Numbered from the stretch's first letter, positions 32,507 through 43,903 are shown. The stretch: 64,000 nt of DNA from an uncultured Acidimicrobiia bacterium (GCA_963786955.1 CAWBAT010000003.1:288001-352000), one strand, 5' to 3'. A program made the numbers and translations. Notes: generated by a model from the sequence alone, not told the origin.

Positions 32507-35500
32507 TCATTTCGGCTCTTTACCTGCAATTTTGGTTGTCACGCTGGCCTCCTCTGAAAACGTTCCCGGCTGTCCCGCTTTGTCCACACCGCAAACTCGG
32601 TAATAGTAAGTCGTCCCAGGGGAGACTGTCTCGTCTGCCACGACTTGCCGGTCGTATTCGCGCAACTGCCGGTCAACGGTTTTGAAACCGTGGGGAGTGA
32701 CGTGCCGGAAGGTTTGCAGGGCATCGAGGGTCATCAGCAGATTTTTGTCGTCGGGCTTGAACCCAGGCAGTGTTCCGCGGTGAATGCGATACTGGACTAT
32801 GTCAGATTCCGGATTCGTGTAGAACCACAGCGCGGACAAATTGCTTGTGCCGACGGGAGAAACGCTAAAAGCATGCAATCCTTCAACTTTTACCGGAAGG
32901 CTATTTTTCACGCTGGAGCTCAAGGTCGTTACCTTTATGGCGTCCGAGGCCGAACCCACATTGTTCCAGCGGTCAGCTGCGACAATTTTGTAGTAGTAGG
33001 GGGTATCCGGCTCCAGTCGGTTTAGAAAGAGTCCAAAACCGTAGCGTGGCATGTCGGTGAAGGTCGTGGAGGTGGTTTGACCGACAAAGAAACGCGGGGA
33101 AGGCGTGTAATCCGGCATAGAGCTCCGATAGATGTCATAGCGGACGATATTGTCGCCCCCATCCTTCCACGTCAGTTCCACCCGCATGTCTGCAGCAGCG
33201 CGTACCGTAACTCCCTGCACAGTTTGGGGTGCACCGTCGCATACGATGCGCAGGGTCTTAACCCCGTACCGACCGATGGAAAAAATAATGCGGTTACCAT
33301 TCTGAACCGAAAGCGGAACCGGACGGTCCACTTCCAAGAGGGACGTCTCTATGGCAGACTTAATTGTCTTGAGGAATGGCAGGGTGATCGTGACTTCGCT
33401 TTTTTTGCCTGCCAGTTCATTAAAGCGGAAGATCAGCCCCTTTCCGTTTGCCTCGGCCGGTTTGATGGTTGAGACGGCGATGTTAGGCTGATCAATCTCC
33501 AGGAAGGAAGCCTCGCCGGCTGGAAGTGTCCCCTTGCGCTTAGCGGAGAGCAAGCGTGCCGTCAAAGGGTGCGAAACGTCATCACCGAATAGAAACGCAC
33601 CACCTTGCTGCCAGTCTCCTTCGTGGCTCTGCACTGACCACGACAACCTGTAAGGTCCGCCGCGCTGATCAACCGGTATGTTTGTCCCGAACCAATTGTT
33701 CATCGGGTAGAGGAAGACATGGCTGTTCTCCACCTTTTTAAGGATGGATTCGTTGCGCCACGTTTCGCTGTGGCGCGGAGCCCCGTATTCGACCAGGCCG
33801 CATTCTCGTGTCCCCACCGTTACGCCAAAACGCCCGTTGGAAAGGTCCGTGAAATGCTGAATGCCATAGAAGCTAGTGGTAGAACCACCACTCTGGTCCG
33901 AAATTGGTTCCACCACCGCTCCCGCAAGCTCATGCTGGATCTGAAATTGGGGAACGTTTAGAGGGATGGCGAAAAAGACCGATTCCTTCCCCACGTTATT
34001 GCCTTTCTTATAATCCTGGAAGGTTCGGCCTGAGGGTGATTTCTGCAGGTCGTTAATAATGTCAATGCGCTTGAGAGCCTTGTAGAGGATCACCTGTTGG
34101 CGGATGCCTGTAATGCCGTTTCCTTTCACGTTTGACGTCATGACCGCTGCGATGGGACCGGAGGCCCGAGAAAGCTCCGCTGATTCGATGCGGTACCAGC
34201 CAGTGGCCTTATCGGAATTGCCCTCGTAGTGATACAGGTACTCATTCAACTGCCAGGTTGCCTTCGGGTCAACCAGTTCCACACGAAGCTGCTTCTCCCA
34301 GATACTGGCGATGGCGCCATTTTTGGGGTTGAAGGAGACCTTGTAATATTCGTTCTCCAGTGTTGTATCAGTAGTGGTCAAGTCCTCTGAAACGCCTGTC
34401 TGCTCGACCTCTCCTTTTATGACGCGGAAGGTCTTATAGCCGAGAGACGGAACATCTTTCGCAATAAATAAGATACGCCCGTCAGGCATCCGCTGGCAGG
34501 GCGCCCTCTCGCCGCTGATGTTGTCCACAACATGGAAAGGCCAGACCAATCCCACGGGGTCCACTTCGACAATATCTGTTCGCTTTCGGGTAAGAGAGTT
34601 ATACACAATAAGCGTTGTGCCCTGTGGGGTGGGTATCATCTGGTCCAAGCCTGCGAACACCGCCAACGATGCCCGCTCGGAGACGGCTCGGGCTTCTTCG
34701 ACAAGGGCTCGGTGCATGGAGCGTTCAGTTTCGTAATAGCATTCCAGTGCGGACTTTTCATTCTTCAACGTGGGAGGAGCTTGCACACTTCCTTCGGAAT
34801 ATGCCTCCATCGTGTGTTCGGCGTAGACCAGCAGGAGATGATATGCCTGCGATAGTTCCAGGCTGCTGGTGACCTTCGCACCTAAAGCTGCCGCAAGCGC
34901 ACCGAACTTTTCTGTGTCTGGAACTGCGCTTCCGATGATTCGCGACAATGAAGTCGCCTCAAAATCTGCATAGTGCTGGTCAGACCATGAGTTCGGAGCG
35001 TCTTTGTCGAATACGTATATCTTTTCCTTGTCCAGTTGGGATGCAAGATCATTGACATACATTGTCATTGTTGCACTGATCACCCTCGGATAACTCCATT
35101 TCTGATTCCAGGCGCGGATAAGTGGTGAATTGTCGAATACGGGGAGGCTGAAATCCCAGCATTCCCGCGAAAGAAGGGAACTGCTGGACCACTTTGCCTG
35201 CTCTATTCCTCCCAACCAATCGGGAATTTTAAGTAAACCGTTTCGGATGTCGGTCAACCATGTTGACTGCTCCATGCTCTGCAGCCAGCCCGCAATGTAT
35301 GGTTCCGTGAGACCCCTCAGGTCACCGCGGTGCTCGGAACAATGGTAATGTTGCGTGAGAAAGAGCGGCATATGCCCTTTGTCGCCGTCAGGCGACATCC
35401 AGTAATAGGCCGGATTCGCTGATGCAGGACGCATCTGATCTTCCAGGTTATTACGGCCGTGGTAGAAATAAGGGATGCCTGCTTCCTTCAGATAGGTTGG

Positions 35501-36334
35501 CAGGGAACGCGGAAAACCTTCAACGTCGTTTAACAAAGCTGTTGATTGAGGTGGGATGCCCAACATGTCGACGATGGTACGATTGGGAGTGTAGAACAGA
35601 CGGGCCATCAACTCTCGATTCAGCATCTCGGCGGAAACGGAGGAATGTAAAGCACCTAACTCAATACGTCCTTCCCGGATACGCCGAGTCAGTTCCTCTA
35701 CCTTTTCGCGGCTGTTACTTCGGATCCATTGCGCCAGCGGCTCGGAGGTCTCCACCGTCCAACGGAACTGGCTGTCTTTCTCCCAATCGTCTGTCTTGCT
35801 GCAATATTCCAATGCTAAGTCGATCCCCATCTCGCGCACGTCACGCCGCATCAGATGGAAATAGTCGGCATACCCCATGTCGTGATGGGAATAGGCCACA
35901 TTATAGATCTTCCATTTCTTCTGCGGCTGCAGGGTTAGCATTGTAGAGGCGACAACCTGATTAGCACTTTTCTCGACGACCTCGATGGTCGTTTCCGTCG
36001 GTTGGAAGATATCCGGCACTAGCACTGACTTCACTGATTTCCCCGGCTTGACCTTCCCGAGTGGTTGTTTGAGTGCAGCTTGATTCCTAAAGATGATACG
36101 TGCCTCTGCTTCGAACGGGACTGCGCCGGTATTTTCCAACTCGAGGTCCACCTGCTGCTGCAGTGGCTCACCTTCTTTCACCTTAGGGAAAAAGGGCGTC
36201 GGGTTGACCTGCACAAGCCTGACTCCCTCGTCCGCGAGAACTATTGCAACCACGAAGAATAATAAGGGTGACAAGCACGACGTACGCCCTAACAGACGGA
36301 GTAGGAAGCGGAATAGGTTCGATGAGTTCTTCAT
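32507..36334 (-). CDS. Secreted GH38-like (alpha-mannosidase-like) glycoside hydrolase with C-terminal FN3-like domains
   Basis: Signal peptide, SHHDMGY, FRWTVE, EHT, LENEYY, KPAE..GLIFRFNE, YYYKIVAAD. Confidence 0.8.
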   Translation of the reverse strand: MKNSSNLFRFLLRLLGRTSCLSPLLFFVVAIVLADEGVRLVQVNPTPFFPKVKEGEPLQQQVDLELENTGAVPFEAEARIIFRNQAALKQPLGKVKPGKSVKSVLVPDIFQPTETTIEVVEKSANQVVASTMLTLQPQKKWKIYNVAYSHHDMGYADYFHLMRRDVREMGIDLALEYCSKTDDWEKDSQFRWTVETSEPLAQWIRSNSREKVEELTRRIREGRIELGALHSSVSAEMLNRELMARLFYTPNRTIVDMLGIPPQSTALLNDVEGFPRSLPTYLKEAGIPYFYHGRNNLEDQMRPASANPAYYWMSPDGDKGHMPLFLTQHYHCSEHRGDLRGLTEPYIAGWLQSMEQSTWLTDIRNGLLKIPDWLGGIEQAKWSSSSLLSRECWDFSLPVFDNSPLIRAWNQKWSYPRVISATMTMYVNDLASQLDKEKIYVFDKDAPNSWSDQHYADFEATSLSRIIGSAVPDTEKFGALAAALGAKVTSSLELSQAYHLLLVYAEHTMEAYSEGSVQAPPTLKNEKSALECYYETERSMHRALVEEARAVSERASLAVFAGLDQMIPTPQGTTLIVYNSLTRKRTDIVEVDPVGLVWPFHVVDNISGERAPCQRMPDGRILFIAKDVPSLGYKTFRVIKGEVEQTGVSEDLTTTDTTLENEYYKVSFNPKNGAIASIWEKQLRVELVDPKATWQLNEYLYHYEGNSDKATGWYRIESAELSRASGPIAAVMTSNVKGNGITGIRQQVILYKALKRIDIINDLQKSPSGRTFQDYKKGNNVGKESVFFAIPLNVPQFQIQHELAGAVVEPISDQSGGSTTSFYGIQHFTDLSNGRFGVTVGTRECGLVEYGAPRHSETWRNESILKKVENSHVFLYPMNNWFGTNIPVDQRGGPYRLSWSVQSHEGDWQQGGAFLFGDDVSHPLTARLLSAKRKGTLPAGEASFLEIDQPNIAVSTIKPAEANGKGLIFRFNELAGKKSEVTITLPFLKTIKSAIETSLLEVDRPVPLSVQNGNRIIFSIGRYGVKTLRIVCDGAPQTVQGVTVRAAADMRVELTWKDGGDNIVRYDIYRSSMPDYTPSPRFFVGQTTSTTFTDMPRYGFGLFLNRLEPDTPYYYKIVAADRWNNVGSASDAIKVTTLSSSVKNSLPVKVEGLHAFSVSPVGTSNLSALWFYTNPESDIVQYRIHRGTLPGFKPDDKNLLMTLDALQTFRHVTPHGFKTVDRQLREYDRQVVADETVSPGTTYYYRVCGVDKAGQPGTFSEEASVTTKIAGKEPK

Positions 36335-36455
36335 TTTTTCTCCTTGTTTTCCGGTTAGCCTCGGTTAATCGTAAGTTTCCGGTGGGCGTGCGTGCGTCTT
36401 TCGAAAGCGGGAGCAAGCAATATTGACTTGCATAGCTTACACTCCGCCCTCTTCT

Positions 36456-36576
36456 CACTCAATTGACCTTTTCTCATCTTCTGATACGGCCCAAGAATTT
36501 CACCGCAACTGCATCGTTTGAGAGTGGGAGGATCGGAATGGATTGGGCTCGCCTGTTGGCTTACATCACTGGAACG
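36456..36576 (+). mobile_element. Truncated IS left end with the start of an integrase-core transposase
   Basis: ATG at 36538 gives MDWARLLAYITGT, which I recall as the N-terminus of a widespread rve-type transposase. No continuation. Confidence 0.55.
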
Positions 36577-36639
36577 CGATCTGGGCCTCGAGTGAGTTTT
36601 TTGGCCACTCGCCGCACCCGGTCTAGCTCGCAGCCTTTC

Positions 36640-37770
36640 TTATTCGGAGGTGGGTTTGCTTGTTCTTGTCGGCTTTGGTTGGGGTTCGTAAGAGCAGAAG
36701 GGGTCCGAGGCAAGCGGGTTGCCGGTGGCTTCAAAGGCCCGCGCGCGTGATCCGCCGCACAGGGCGGTGTACTCGCAAACTCCGCAACGCCCCTCAAAAT
36801 GGGCTGGATCGTGCAGCGACCGGAAGAGAGGCGCATTCCGATAGATCTCGGCAACACGGTCCTTGCGAACGTTTCCGGCAACCAAGGGCAAAAAGCCAGC
36901 CGGGCAAATGTCACCGGTATTAGAAACAAACATGATCCCGTGCCCGTCGCGGATTCCGAAGCCGCGGTTGGCTCCACTACGCTTGATTTGCTCGCCGGTC
37001 AGACCCTCCGCGCGGAGCCGCTCGAGCGCCACCCGGCGGTAGGACGGAGCTTCCGTGGTGGCGACAATGAAGGCAGCGGCGCGCGACGTTTCGTAAATCC
37101 AGCCCATGAGCTTCTCGCCTTCCTCTGGTGTGAGCGGTTGCAGCACTTTTCCGCGACCGATCGAAATCAGGAAAAACAGGCTCCAGCGGGCGACGCCAAA
37201 AGGTTTGAGGAGTTCGTAAATGGCGGGCACGTCGCCCGCGGTTTCCGCTGCCGCCAGGGTGTTCACCTGCAGCGGTATTTCAAGTTCCTGGGCCCATTGC
37301 ATCGCCTCTACTGTGCGGTCGAAGGTACCGAGGACGCCGCGGATCGAGTCGTGACGTTCAGCCGTGGAGCCATCCAGACTGAGACCCAGGCCTTCTACGG
37401 AATGCTCCTTCAGCCGCACGAGCACGTTGCGGGTGAGTGCCGGCGTGGCAGCTGGTGTGATAGAAACCCCGATCCCGAGTCTGTGCGCTTCGTCGATCAA
37501 TTCAAAAAGGTCGGCCCGAGCGAGCGGATCTCCTCCGGTGAGGATTAACTGCGGCAGCGGGTCGCCAAACTCCAAAATTTGACGCAGAAACTCGATGCCC
37601 TCTTCGAAGGTGAGTTCCATGGGGTGCGGTTCCGGCACTGCCTCAGCACGACAGTGGCGGCACGCCAGCGCACAAGCCTGAGTCATTTCCCAATAGATGT
37701 TCAAGGGCGTCTGCGCGTAATCCCGCGGCGCCTGGTGTGAAGATTTTCCGGAGTGGAGTAGTTGTGACAT
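36640..37770 (-). CDS. Radical SAM/SPASM protein (TIGR04053-like)
   Basis: CALACRHC, LTGGDP, GRCGVCEY..CGGSRARA..DPFC. Confidence 0.9.
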   Translation of the reverse strand: MSQLLHSGKSSHQAPRDYAQTPLNIYWEMTQACALACRHCRAEAVPEPHPMELTFEEGIEFLRQILEFGDPLPQLILTGGDPLARADLFELIDEAHRLGIGVSITPAATPALTRNVLVRLKEHSVEGLGLSLDGSTAERHDSIRGVLGTFDRTVEAMQWAQELEIPLQVNTLAAAETAGDVPAIYELLKPFGVARWSLFFLISIGRGKVLQPLTPEEGEKLMGWIYETSRAAAFIVATTEAPSYRRVALERLRAEGLTGEQIKRSGANRGFGIRDGHGIMFVSNTGDICPAGFLPLVAGNVRKDRVAEIYRNAPLFRSLHDPAHFEGRCGVCEYTALCGGSRARAFEATGNPLASDPFCSYEPQPKPTRTSKPTSE

Positions 37771-38209
37771 AGACTAAACGGCAACTGACCCGCGACCCGC
37801 GCAAACTTCCAGCGGAATAGAGTCCAAGCCTGAGATAGCCACTTCAAGCCTTGTTCGTCTTTCGCTAGAACCCCAATGTGAGGCGAACCCTTTGGATATC
37901 AGAATAGCTATCGCGATGGATTGAAAGTTCTTCATCCCGCTGGAGCAGTCGACTCGGCAATCTTTGCAACCGGCAACACAACCCTTCCTTTGTTCTGCTT
38001 CTTAAGGCGGTCTCTGTGTTCTCTTTCATGGAACAACACCTGTATAGCCAAAAAACTCGAACAAATTGACATGCCCCAGCGGTATTGTCAAGTTGAAGGA
38101 ACCCGAGCAGCCTGGGTAGATGAAAAGCAACCCGCCCATTTATCACGGATACCGATTTTCCCCTGATATTATCAGCCATGCCGTTTGATTTTGCCACCGA
38201 TTTTGCCTA

Positions 38210-38606
38210 GGCTTCCGAGATGTTGAGGATCTTCTGGTCGGGCGTGGGGTCATCGTCAGCTACGAAACCATCTGCCAGTTGTGTTGCAAGTTCGGTGCCA
38301 AATACGCTCGGAAACTCAGACAACAACAGGGTTGCTTGGGCGATACGTAGCACCTGGACAAACTGTTCGCGAAGATCCAGGGTCAGCGACAGTATCTGTG
38401 GCGGGCTGTCGACCAGGATGGCGACGTGATCGATATTTTCGTCCAACCCCATCCTGATCAGCCTGCCGCCCAACGATTCTTTCGTAAGCTATTGAAAGGT
38501 CAGGAAAGGGAACCCTGGCGACTGGTCACTGATAAGCTGAGGAGCTATGAGGCAGCGCACCGCGCTATCAAGCCTTCTGTCGAGCACGACACCGAACGCT
38601 GGGCCG
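38210..38606 (+). pseudogene. IS6 family transposase fragment
   Basis: FRDVEDLL..VSYETI.., in-frame stop, YLWRAVDQDGDVIDI..AAQRFFRKLL..VTDKLRSY, then truncated. Confidence 0.85.
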
Positions 38607-38870
38607 TCAGTCGGCTTCCGCCCCATACTTCTACCCTTCCGCGATTCATTGAGCACCAGCCAGTAGTGCCGCAGCGCCTCACCGACGGAACCGCTGTATT
38701 CAGTGAGGTCTTTGCTGAGCACGAATTGTACACACTCCCTGGCACGGCTAAATTCTACGTTGAGCCGCTGGGCTTTGATTCTGTCCTCCTCTTCGAGGCC
38801 GACTTCCTTCAAGACCTTGATGAATACGCCCCACAGTCAGTCATCCTCCTTCGTTGCGACCATCGAGGTG
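38607..38870 (-). pseudogene. Superfamily-1 helicase C-terminal fragment
   Basis: QRLNVEFSRARE resembles helicase motif VI (RLNVAxSRA); no N-terminal part. Confidence 0.5.
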
Positions 38871-38909
38871 GATCCTGCCCCCACAACGCACATTTGGTGG
38901 TCGACGCAA

Positions 38910-41201
38910 TCACTCGACACGCAGTCTGACGAGAGCGCAACCACGCCGAAGCGCAACTTTCATCCGAATGACGTTGCCTTTCGTGCTGAACTCGCCAGGA
39001 CTCCATGCCGTCTCCCCGGGATAAATGAGTTCGCAACGAAGCTTCTTCCCGGCCGATATCTCCGGAATCCCGCGCACCGTCACTACGGCACTCGGCGTTG
39101 TACCCGCCAAGGTTACGGGAACCAGGTATCCACCCGGAACCTGAAAGAGATTCACTTTGGCGCTATCGCCCGCGACGCTGACGGCATGCGGAAGTAGGAT
39201 CCATTTCCTGCCGCGCATCGCCTCAAACATGGGCCCGTAGTCGAGGTAGAAGCGATCTGCGATGGGGCTGGGCATGATGGCATGGTCACTTTGAGGAAAC
39301 GGGGCCATGGGAAACAGGCCCAGGTAGACATACTTCTGCAGGAATGCGTCGGCTTCCGGATTGGGATTGTCCTTCCCGAAAACCCAGAAGGTTCCGCTCC
39401 CTTTCCCTGCCGCGGCGCGCTGCTCGGCCAGTTGTTTGAGAGTGTACTCACCGAACACCCAGGCAATCGCCGGCTTCGAGACGCCCAACATTGCCGTGGT
39501 ATTCAGGTTGCCGCCATAGTGCGCGAGCTCGGAGAAAAGTCCGTCCACATGGCGAAGAATGTCGAGGCGAGCAACGATGGGATTGACGAAGATTGCCTGC
39601 CCGGCCTCATGCTCAATCGGGTCGAGTTTTCCCATGAAGTCATTCCATGAGACATACAGCGAGCGCGCCGGGCCGTTGTACCACGTCACTCCGTCATCCC
39701 GCCGATAATTGTAAAGTCGCATCCAGTCCAACCGGTCAAAACAGAGGCCCGCGGAGTCTGGGACTTTTTGAATCAGCTTTCGAGCTTGATCCAGCAGAAA
39801 ATCCTGCCAGGAGGGTTCGCCCCAGTCAAGGACTACGTTGCCGTACGCCGCCCGGCAATAAGGATCCGATTGTTGTGGCCCTCCGGGCGTCGGCACCTCG
39901 TTCTCGGGACGGTAGATCAGTGAGTCTGCGAACTTGGCGTGGAGCAGATCATTGGGGTCCTTCCACAGGGCCGCATCCGACTGCGCCTTGCGCGGCGCCG
40001 GCGGATAAACGATGTTTTTGCCGAATTCAGCTGCGTTGAAGTAGTTCAGGACGTCGAAGCCCATTTCCCGCATGCGGCGCGAATAGCCGGCCATCTGCGG
40101 GATCGACGCGGTGGGACCCAGATCGATGGGAGGAGACTCCGACTTCGGGTACCCACGGGGCCATGGCTCGTCATCGGCCACCGGCGGGATGAACACTCCC
40201 TGATAGGGAAAATCGAAGCTTGCTTTCCAATTCACGGTAAAGGCCATCCGCTTGAACTTGGCGACGTCGAGGGGGCCTTCGTAACTGGCGTAGGCTGCGG
40301 TTCCCCCCAGCCGGTGCGCGCTCTCGAGCGGCGGATTGAAGTATTGCGGATAACGCGTCGTCATCCAGCGCATTCCACCGCGCCAGTCGCCTTCGTGGGA
40401 CAGGAAGTCCATGGCAATTCGCACCGGCTTGCCTTCCGAGATGCGCCGGAACAAGCGCGAGAATTTGAGGTCCCCGCTTGCGGAAGTCTTAAGCGTCATC
40501 TCGATCGTGACATCCTCGGGTGAAAGGGCCAGAGTCAATCCGATGTCACGTTTGGGGTCGATGACAGTCGCCAGGGGAATACAAAACACATCACGGAAAG
40601 GCTCTGGGACCCCTAGCCTCGGTCTTTCGGGCCTGTAATATGCAGCGCCATACCAGAATTTTCTGTTCGGGAAATCCGTCGGCACGAAGGGATCTTGCCA
40701 GCTCAAGTCCGAGACCCAGGCCGGCTCGACGTCCTCGTCTGGCCGCGTGTCGCCCCAAGTGGTCCAAAACTTCCTCGTGTTCGAGTTGGGAAACTGGAGT
40801 CGAGTCTCGATGGCCGTGCTCCAGGAGTCTCCCTGGCCTTCAATCTCGATTTCCCAGCGTATCGAGTCCGGGGTGGGAGCGACGCGTTCAACCAGACGGA
40901 TTTCGCGTTGCTTTCCCCCGGAATCACAGAGCAGTCGCTTCGTAAACCGTACTGCTCCGTCCCTGTCGCGCGAGCTTTCCACTTTGCCCCCAACCCGGCA
41001 TCCGGCAAGCGCCGTCTCGCCGAGGACGTTCCACTTGGTCTTTTTCATTCCCAGAACAGCGCCAACAATCTTGCCGTCTTGCGACAGTTCCAATGTGAGG
41101 CCCGAAGAATGGAGGACATAATCCGACGACGCCATGAGGGGGAATGTCGCGCCACTCAATGTCAGAGCGATGATGGCAATAACAAGGCAAAGGGTCTTCA
41201 T
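38910..41201 (-). CDS. Secreted hypothetical protein, possibly glycoside hydrolase-like
   Basis: 763 aa, signal peptide, AAGGAGGAG RBS, GLCFDRLD motif. Confidence 0.7.
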   Translation of the reverse strand: MKTLCLVIAIIALTLSGATFPLMASSDYVLHSSGLTLELSQDGKIVGAVLGMKKTKWNVLGETALAGCRVGGKVESSRDRDGAVRFTKRLLCDSGGKQREIRLVERVAPTPDSIRWEIEIEGQGDSWSTAIETRLQFPNSNTRKFWTTWGDTRPDEDVEPAWVSDLSWQDPFVPTDFPNRKFWYGAAYYRPERPRLGVPEPFRDVFCIPLATVIDPKRDIGLTLALSPEDVTIEMTLKTSASGDLKFSRLFRRISEGKPVRIAMDFLSHEGDWRGGMRWMTTRYPQYFNPPLESAHRLGGTAAYASYEGPLDVAKFKRMAFTVNWKASFDFPYQGVFIPPVADDEPWPRGYPKSESPPIDLGPTASIPQMAGYSRRMREMGFDVLNYFNAAEFGKNIVYPPAPRKAQSDAALWKDPNDLLHAKFADSLIYRPENEVPTPGGPQQSDPYCRAAYGNVVLDWGEPSWQDFLLDQARKLIQKVPDSAGLCFDRLDWMRLYNYRRDDGVTWYNGPARSLYVSWNDFMGKLDPIEHEAGQAIFVNPIVARLDILRHVDGLFSELAHYGGNLNTTAMLGVSKPAIAWVFGEYTLKQLAEQRAAAGKGSGTFWVFGKDNPNPEADAFLQKYVYLGLFPMAPFPQSDHAIMPSPIADRFYLDYGPMFEAMRGRKWILLPHAVSVAGDSAKVNLFQVPGGYLVPVTLAGTTPSAVVTVRGIPEISAGKKLRCELIYPGETAWSPGEFSTKGNVIRMKVALRRGCALVRLRVE

Positions 41202-41479
41202 AGGCTCCTCCTTGTCAATGAAAGGTAAACTTATTTGTATCACTGATAAACTGATAACTGATAAGAAATCGCTTTTCAGGCGGCACGGGCACACGCCCGT
41301 TCAGACCGGCTGAAACAGCGCTTTCATTGAGAAGAGAGTGCCATGGGGTGGGTGACGAAGGCAAGGATGAAGGCAAACGTCCTCTGCGGGTGAGCCGGGT
41401 CCTCTCGCAGGGGACGTGATCGAGTCTGAAACTGGCGGCAAGAGACAAACCGGTCCCGTGCGCCTTCTCCACCTGGTGA

Positions 41480-42330
41480 TGCTCAAGTAACGCCCGAATT
41501 TAGGATTAAGGGATCTCAAGAAGATTTTCTTGGGGGGACTTTTCTTTCCGCAGTCCAAAACAAGGCATTGGTCAGTAATCGACGGAAGGAGAGGATTGTC
41601 AAAATCCTCTGGTGAGCCGAGCGATGTGTAAAAGATGCGGTCTCCTTTGTAGACCCTCGTCCAGGCAGAAGGCTGGCTGCTTTGAGGTGTGGAACCGACC
41701 ATGAGTAAATTGGTATCGGAAGCGAGCGGGGCTGTCCTGTACAAACTTGAGCCGGAGATAATTTTCGTGACTCCTTCCAGGGCAGGATGATTTTGGAGAG
41801 CCTTCGACCGGGCTTACCGTTTGCTTGAATTCCAATCCAAAGTGTCCCTGATAGTTGCCGCCTAAGACCATCTTATCAAACTCTGGCCACCCCTGTAGCC
41901 CATGGCTTGCTGTTCTCACGGCAACTAAGGGTTTTCCTGAATCGAGGCATTGTTTGATTTGAGCCAGTTGGTCTTCTGGAATGGTTACTCTACGTGTAAA
42001 GAGGAGAATCACGTCTGCATGGTCAATAGAGTCTAATCCTGGCAGGTCGCTAAATTCTCCGAATTGATTTAACTGACCCCGAGCCTGAATCAGAACACAT
42101 TGAACATTGTATTGAGATTCCAAAAAATGTTTAAAGGCACTCAGGGATAGGTCGGAATGATACTCGTTCGAACCGGATATCAAACAAACTCGAAGAGGCG
42201 TCTCGCCTGCGTTTGGATCAGCGTAAGACGAAAAAAGAGCGGATAAGCCAATGAATAGGCATAGTGGCAACTCAATCAAGAATGCAGCGAAGAAGGAGCG
42301 GAAAGCTCTTTGAATCTTGTGCAGGGCAAA
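41480..42330 (-). CDS. ThuA-like domain protein (frameshifted, boundaries approximate)
   Basis: ISGSNEY, FTRR, VRTASH, LGGNYQGH, RIFYTSLG..DF. Confidence 0.75.
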
Positions 42331-42404
42331 ATCTCCTTTGGATGGGAATAGCCCTATCAATTCCGAAGGTGTGCAGGAATTTGAGTTCGGTATTGCTCTA
42401 CGAA

Positions 42405-42546
42405 TGTCCCCCTTGGTCAAGGGAGACTTTAGGGGGTAAGGTAGGGCGGTCTCGCTGAGACCGCCGACTCCAGTTTGGGCATGGCGGCGCGCGCGGCGTG
42501 CGCGCCCTACCAGAGCCCCCTTGCCCCCTCCTTACCAAGGAGGGGA
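42405..42546. repeat. Nested REP cluster
   Basis: gtagggcggtctcgctgagaccgcc...cgccctac between ccccttggtcaaggg and cctccttaccaaggagg hairpins. Confidence 0.65.
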
Positions 42547-42580
42547 ACAAAAATCGAATTTTTTCATGGCTTATCCTCCG

Positions 42581-43903
42581 TCAAGGGGGAGAAGAACGTT
42601 TTAAAGCAAAGGTCAAGCTACCGGCCACTGCGTAACACGAGGCGATGAGAAAAATCACCCCCGTGAACGAGATTCCGAAACTCAACATGTTTCCGATCAA
42701 CGTAGGTCCCAAGAATCCACCAAGTGCGGTGAAACAATTGATGAAGCCGACGGCTGCTGCTGCGGCACTTTCACTCAGACTCATTGTGGTCAAGACCCAA
42801 TAAGAAGGGATGAACCCATAGATAAAGAAACTGGTCATACAAAGTAAGATCAACAGCCAGCCAAAAGACAAGGAAGGGATTGCGGTTAGAATAAAAAAAC
42901 AGCCGCCGAGAATCAATGGGAGTGCCGTGTGCCAGTATCGTTCCTGCAATCTGTCGGAAGACCAGCTGAACAGGAGCAATGAAACGATTCCCATGGCAAA
43001 AGGAAGCCCTGACACGATCGAGGCCATTTGCGCTGAATAGCCGGAAGCTTTCTGCACTGTGCTGGGAAGCCATAAATAGAATCCTTGGCCGCCTATGTTA
43101 ATGAAGAAAGTCATGAGCGAAAGCACAATGACGGGGCGCTGGCGAAAGGCCTGAAAAACGGTTAATTTTGCCAAGGCCCGCTTCTTCTTTTTTTCTTCTT
43201 CCAGTTCTCGATTGACCCACCCTATTTCCTCAGGAGTAAGCCAGTTGGCCTGATGCGGACGATCCGTCAAGTAGTATAAAGTCATAACGCCGAGAACCAT
43301 CGCTGGGATTCCTTCCAGGAGAAATACCCAACGCCAACCCGGAAGTCCAAACCAACTCAGCTTGAGGATGAGCCCCGAAATGGGGCCCCCAAAGGCGAGG
43401 GAAACGGGAATGGCCATGACGAATCGAGCCATGGCGCGCCCCCGATACTTGCTGGGAAACCATTGATTTAAGTAAACGATGACCCCGGGGAAAAAACCGG
43501 CCTCGGCAACCCCCAACACAAAACGGGCCACGTAAAAATGCGTCGCGGTATGGATGAAGCCGGTCAACGTCGTGCACAAACCCCAACTCAATAGGATTCG
43601 AGCAAACCATCGTCTGGCGCCCCATTTCTGAACGATCAGGCCTCCCGGGATCTCCAGCAATAAGTACCCAGCAAAGAACAGGCCAGCGCCAAAACCGTAA
43701 ACGGCTTCGGAAAACCCCAGCTGCTTCGACATCTCCAACTTAGCGTAGGCTACATTGGCTCGATCCAGGAAGGCGACAACATAAAGAATGAAGACGAATG
43801 GGAGAATACGCCTCCGGATCTTTCGCATCGCGGTCGATTCAACCGAGCCGGATGCTTGGAAAGAATTCAGGTTTGAGGGACTCGCACTTTTTTCATGAGT
43901 CAT
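42581..43903 (-). CDS. MFS transporter, ACS family
   Basis: AFLDRANV, LEIPG, GVAEAGFFPG, GWRWVFLLEG. Confidence 0.9.
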   Translation of the reverse strand: MTHEKSASPSNLNSFQASGSVESTAMRKIRRRILPFVFILYVVAFLDRANVAYAKLEMSKQLGFSEAVYGFGAGLFFAGYLLLEIPGGLIVQKWGARRWFARILLSWGLCTTLTGFIHTATHFYVARFVLGVAEAGFFPGVIVYLNQWFPSKYRGRAMARFVMAIPVSLAFGGPISGLILKLSWFGLPGWRWVFLLEGIPAMVLGVMTLYYLTDRPHQANWLTPEEIGWVNRELEEEKKKKRALAKLTVFQAFRQRPVIVLSLMTFFINIGGQGFYLWLPSTVQKASGYSAQMASIVSGLPFAMGIVSLLLFSWSSDRLQERYWHTALPLILGGCFFILTAIPSLSFGWLLILLCMTSFFIYGFIPSYWVLTTMSLSESAAAAAVGFINCFTALGGFLGPTLIGNMLSFGISFTGVIFLIASCYAVAGSLTFALKRSSPP

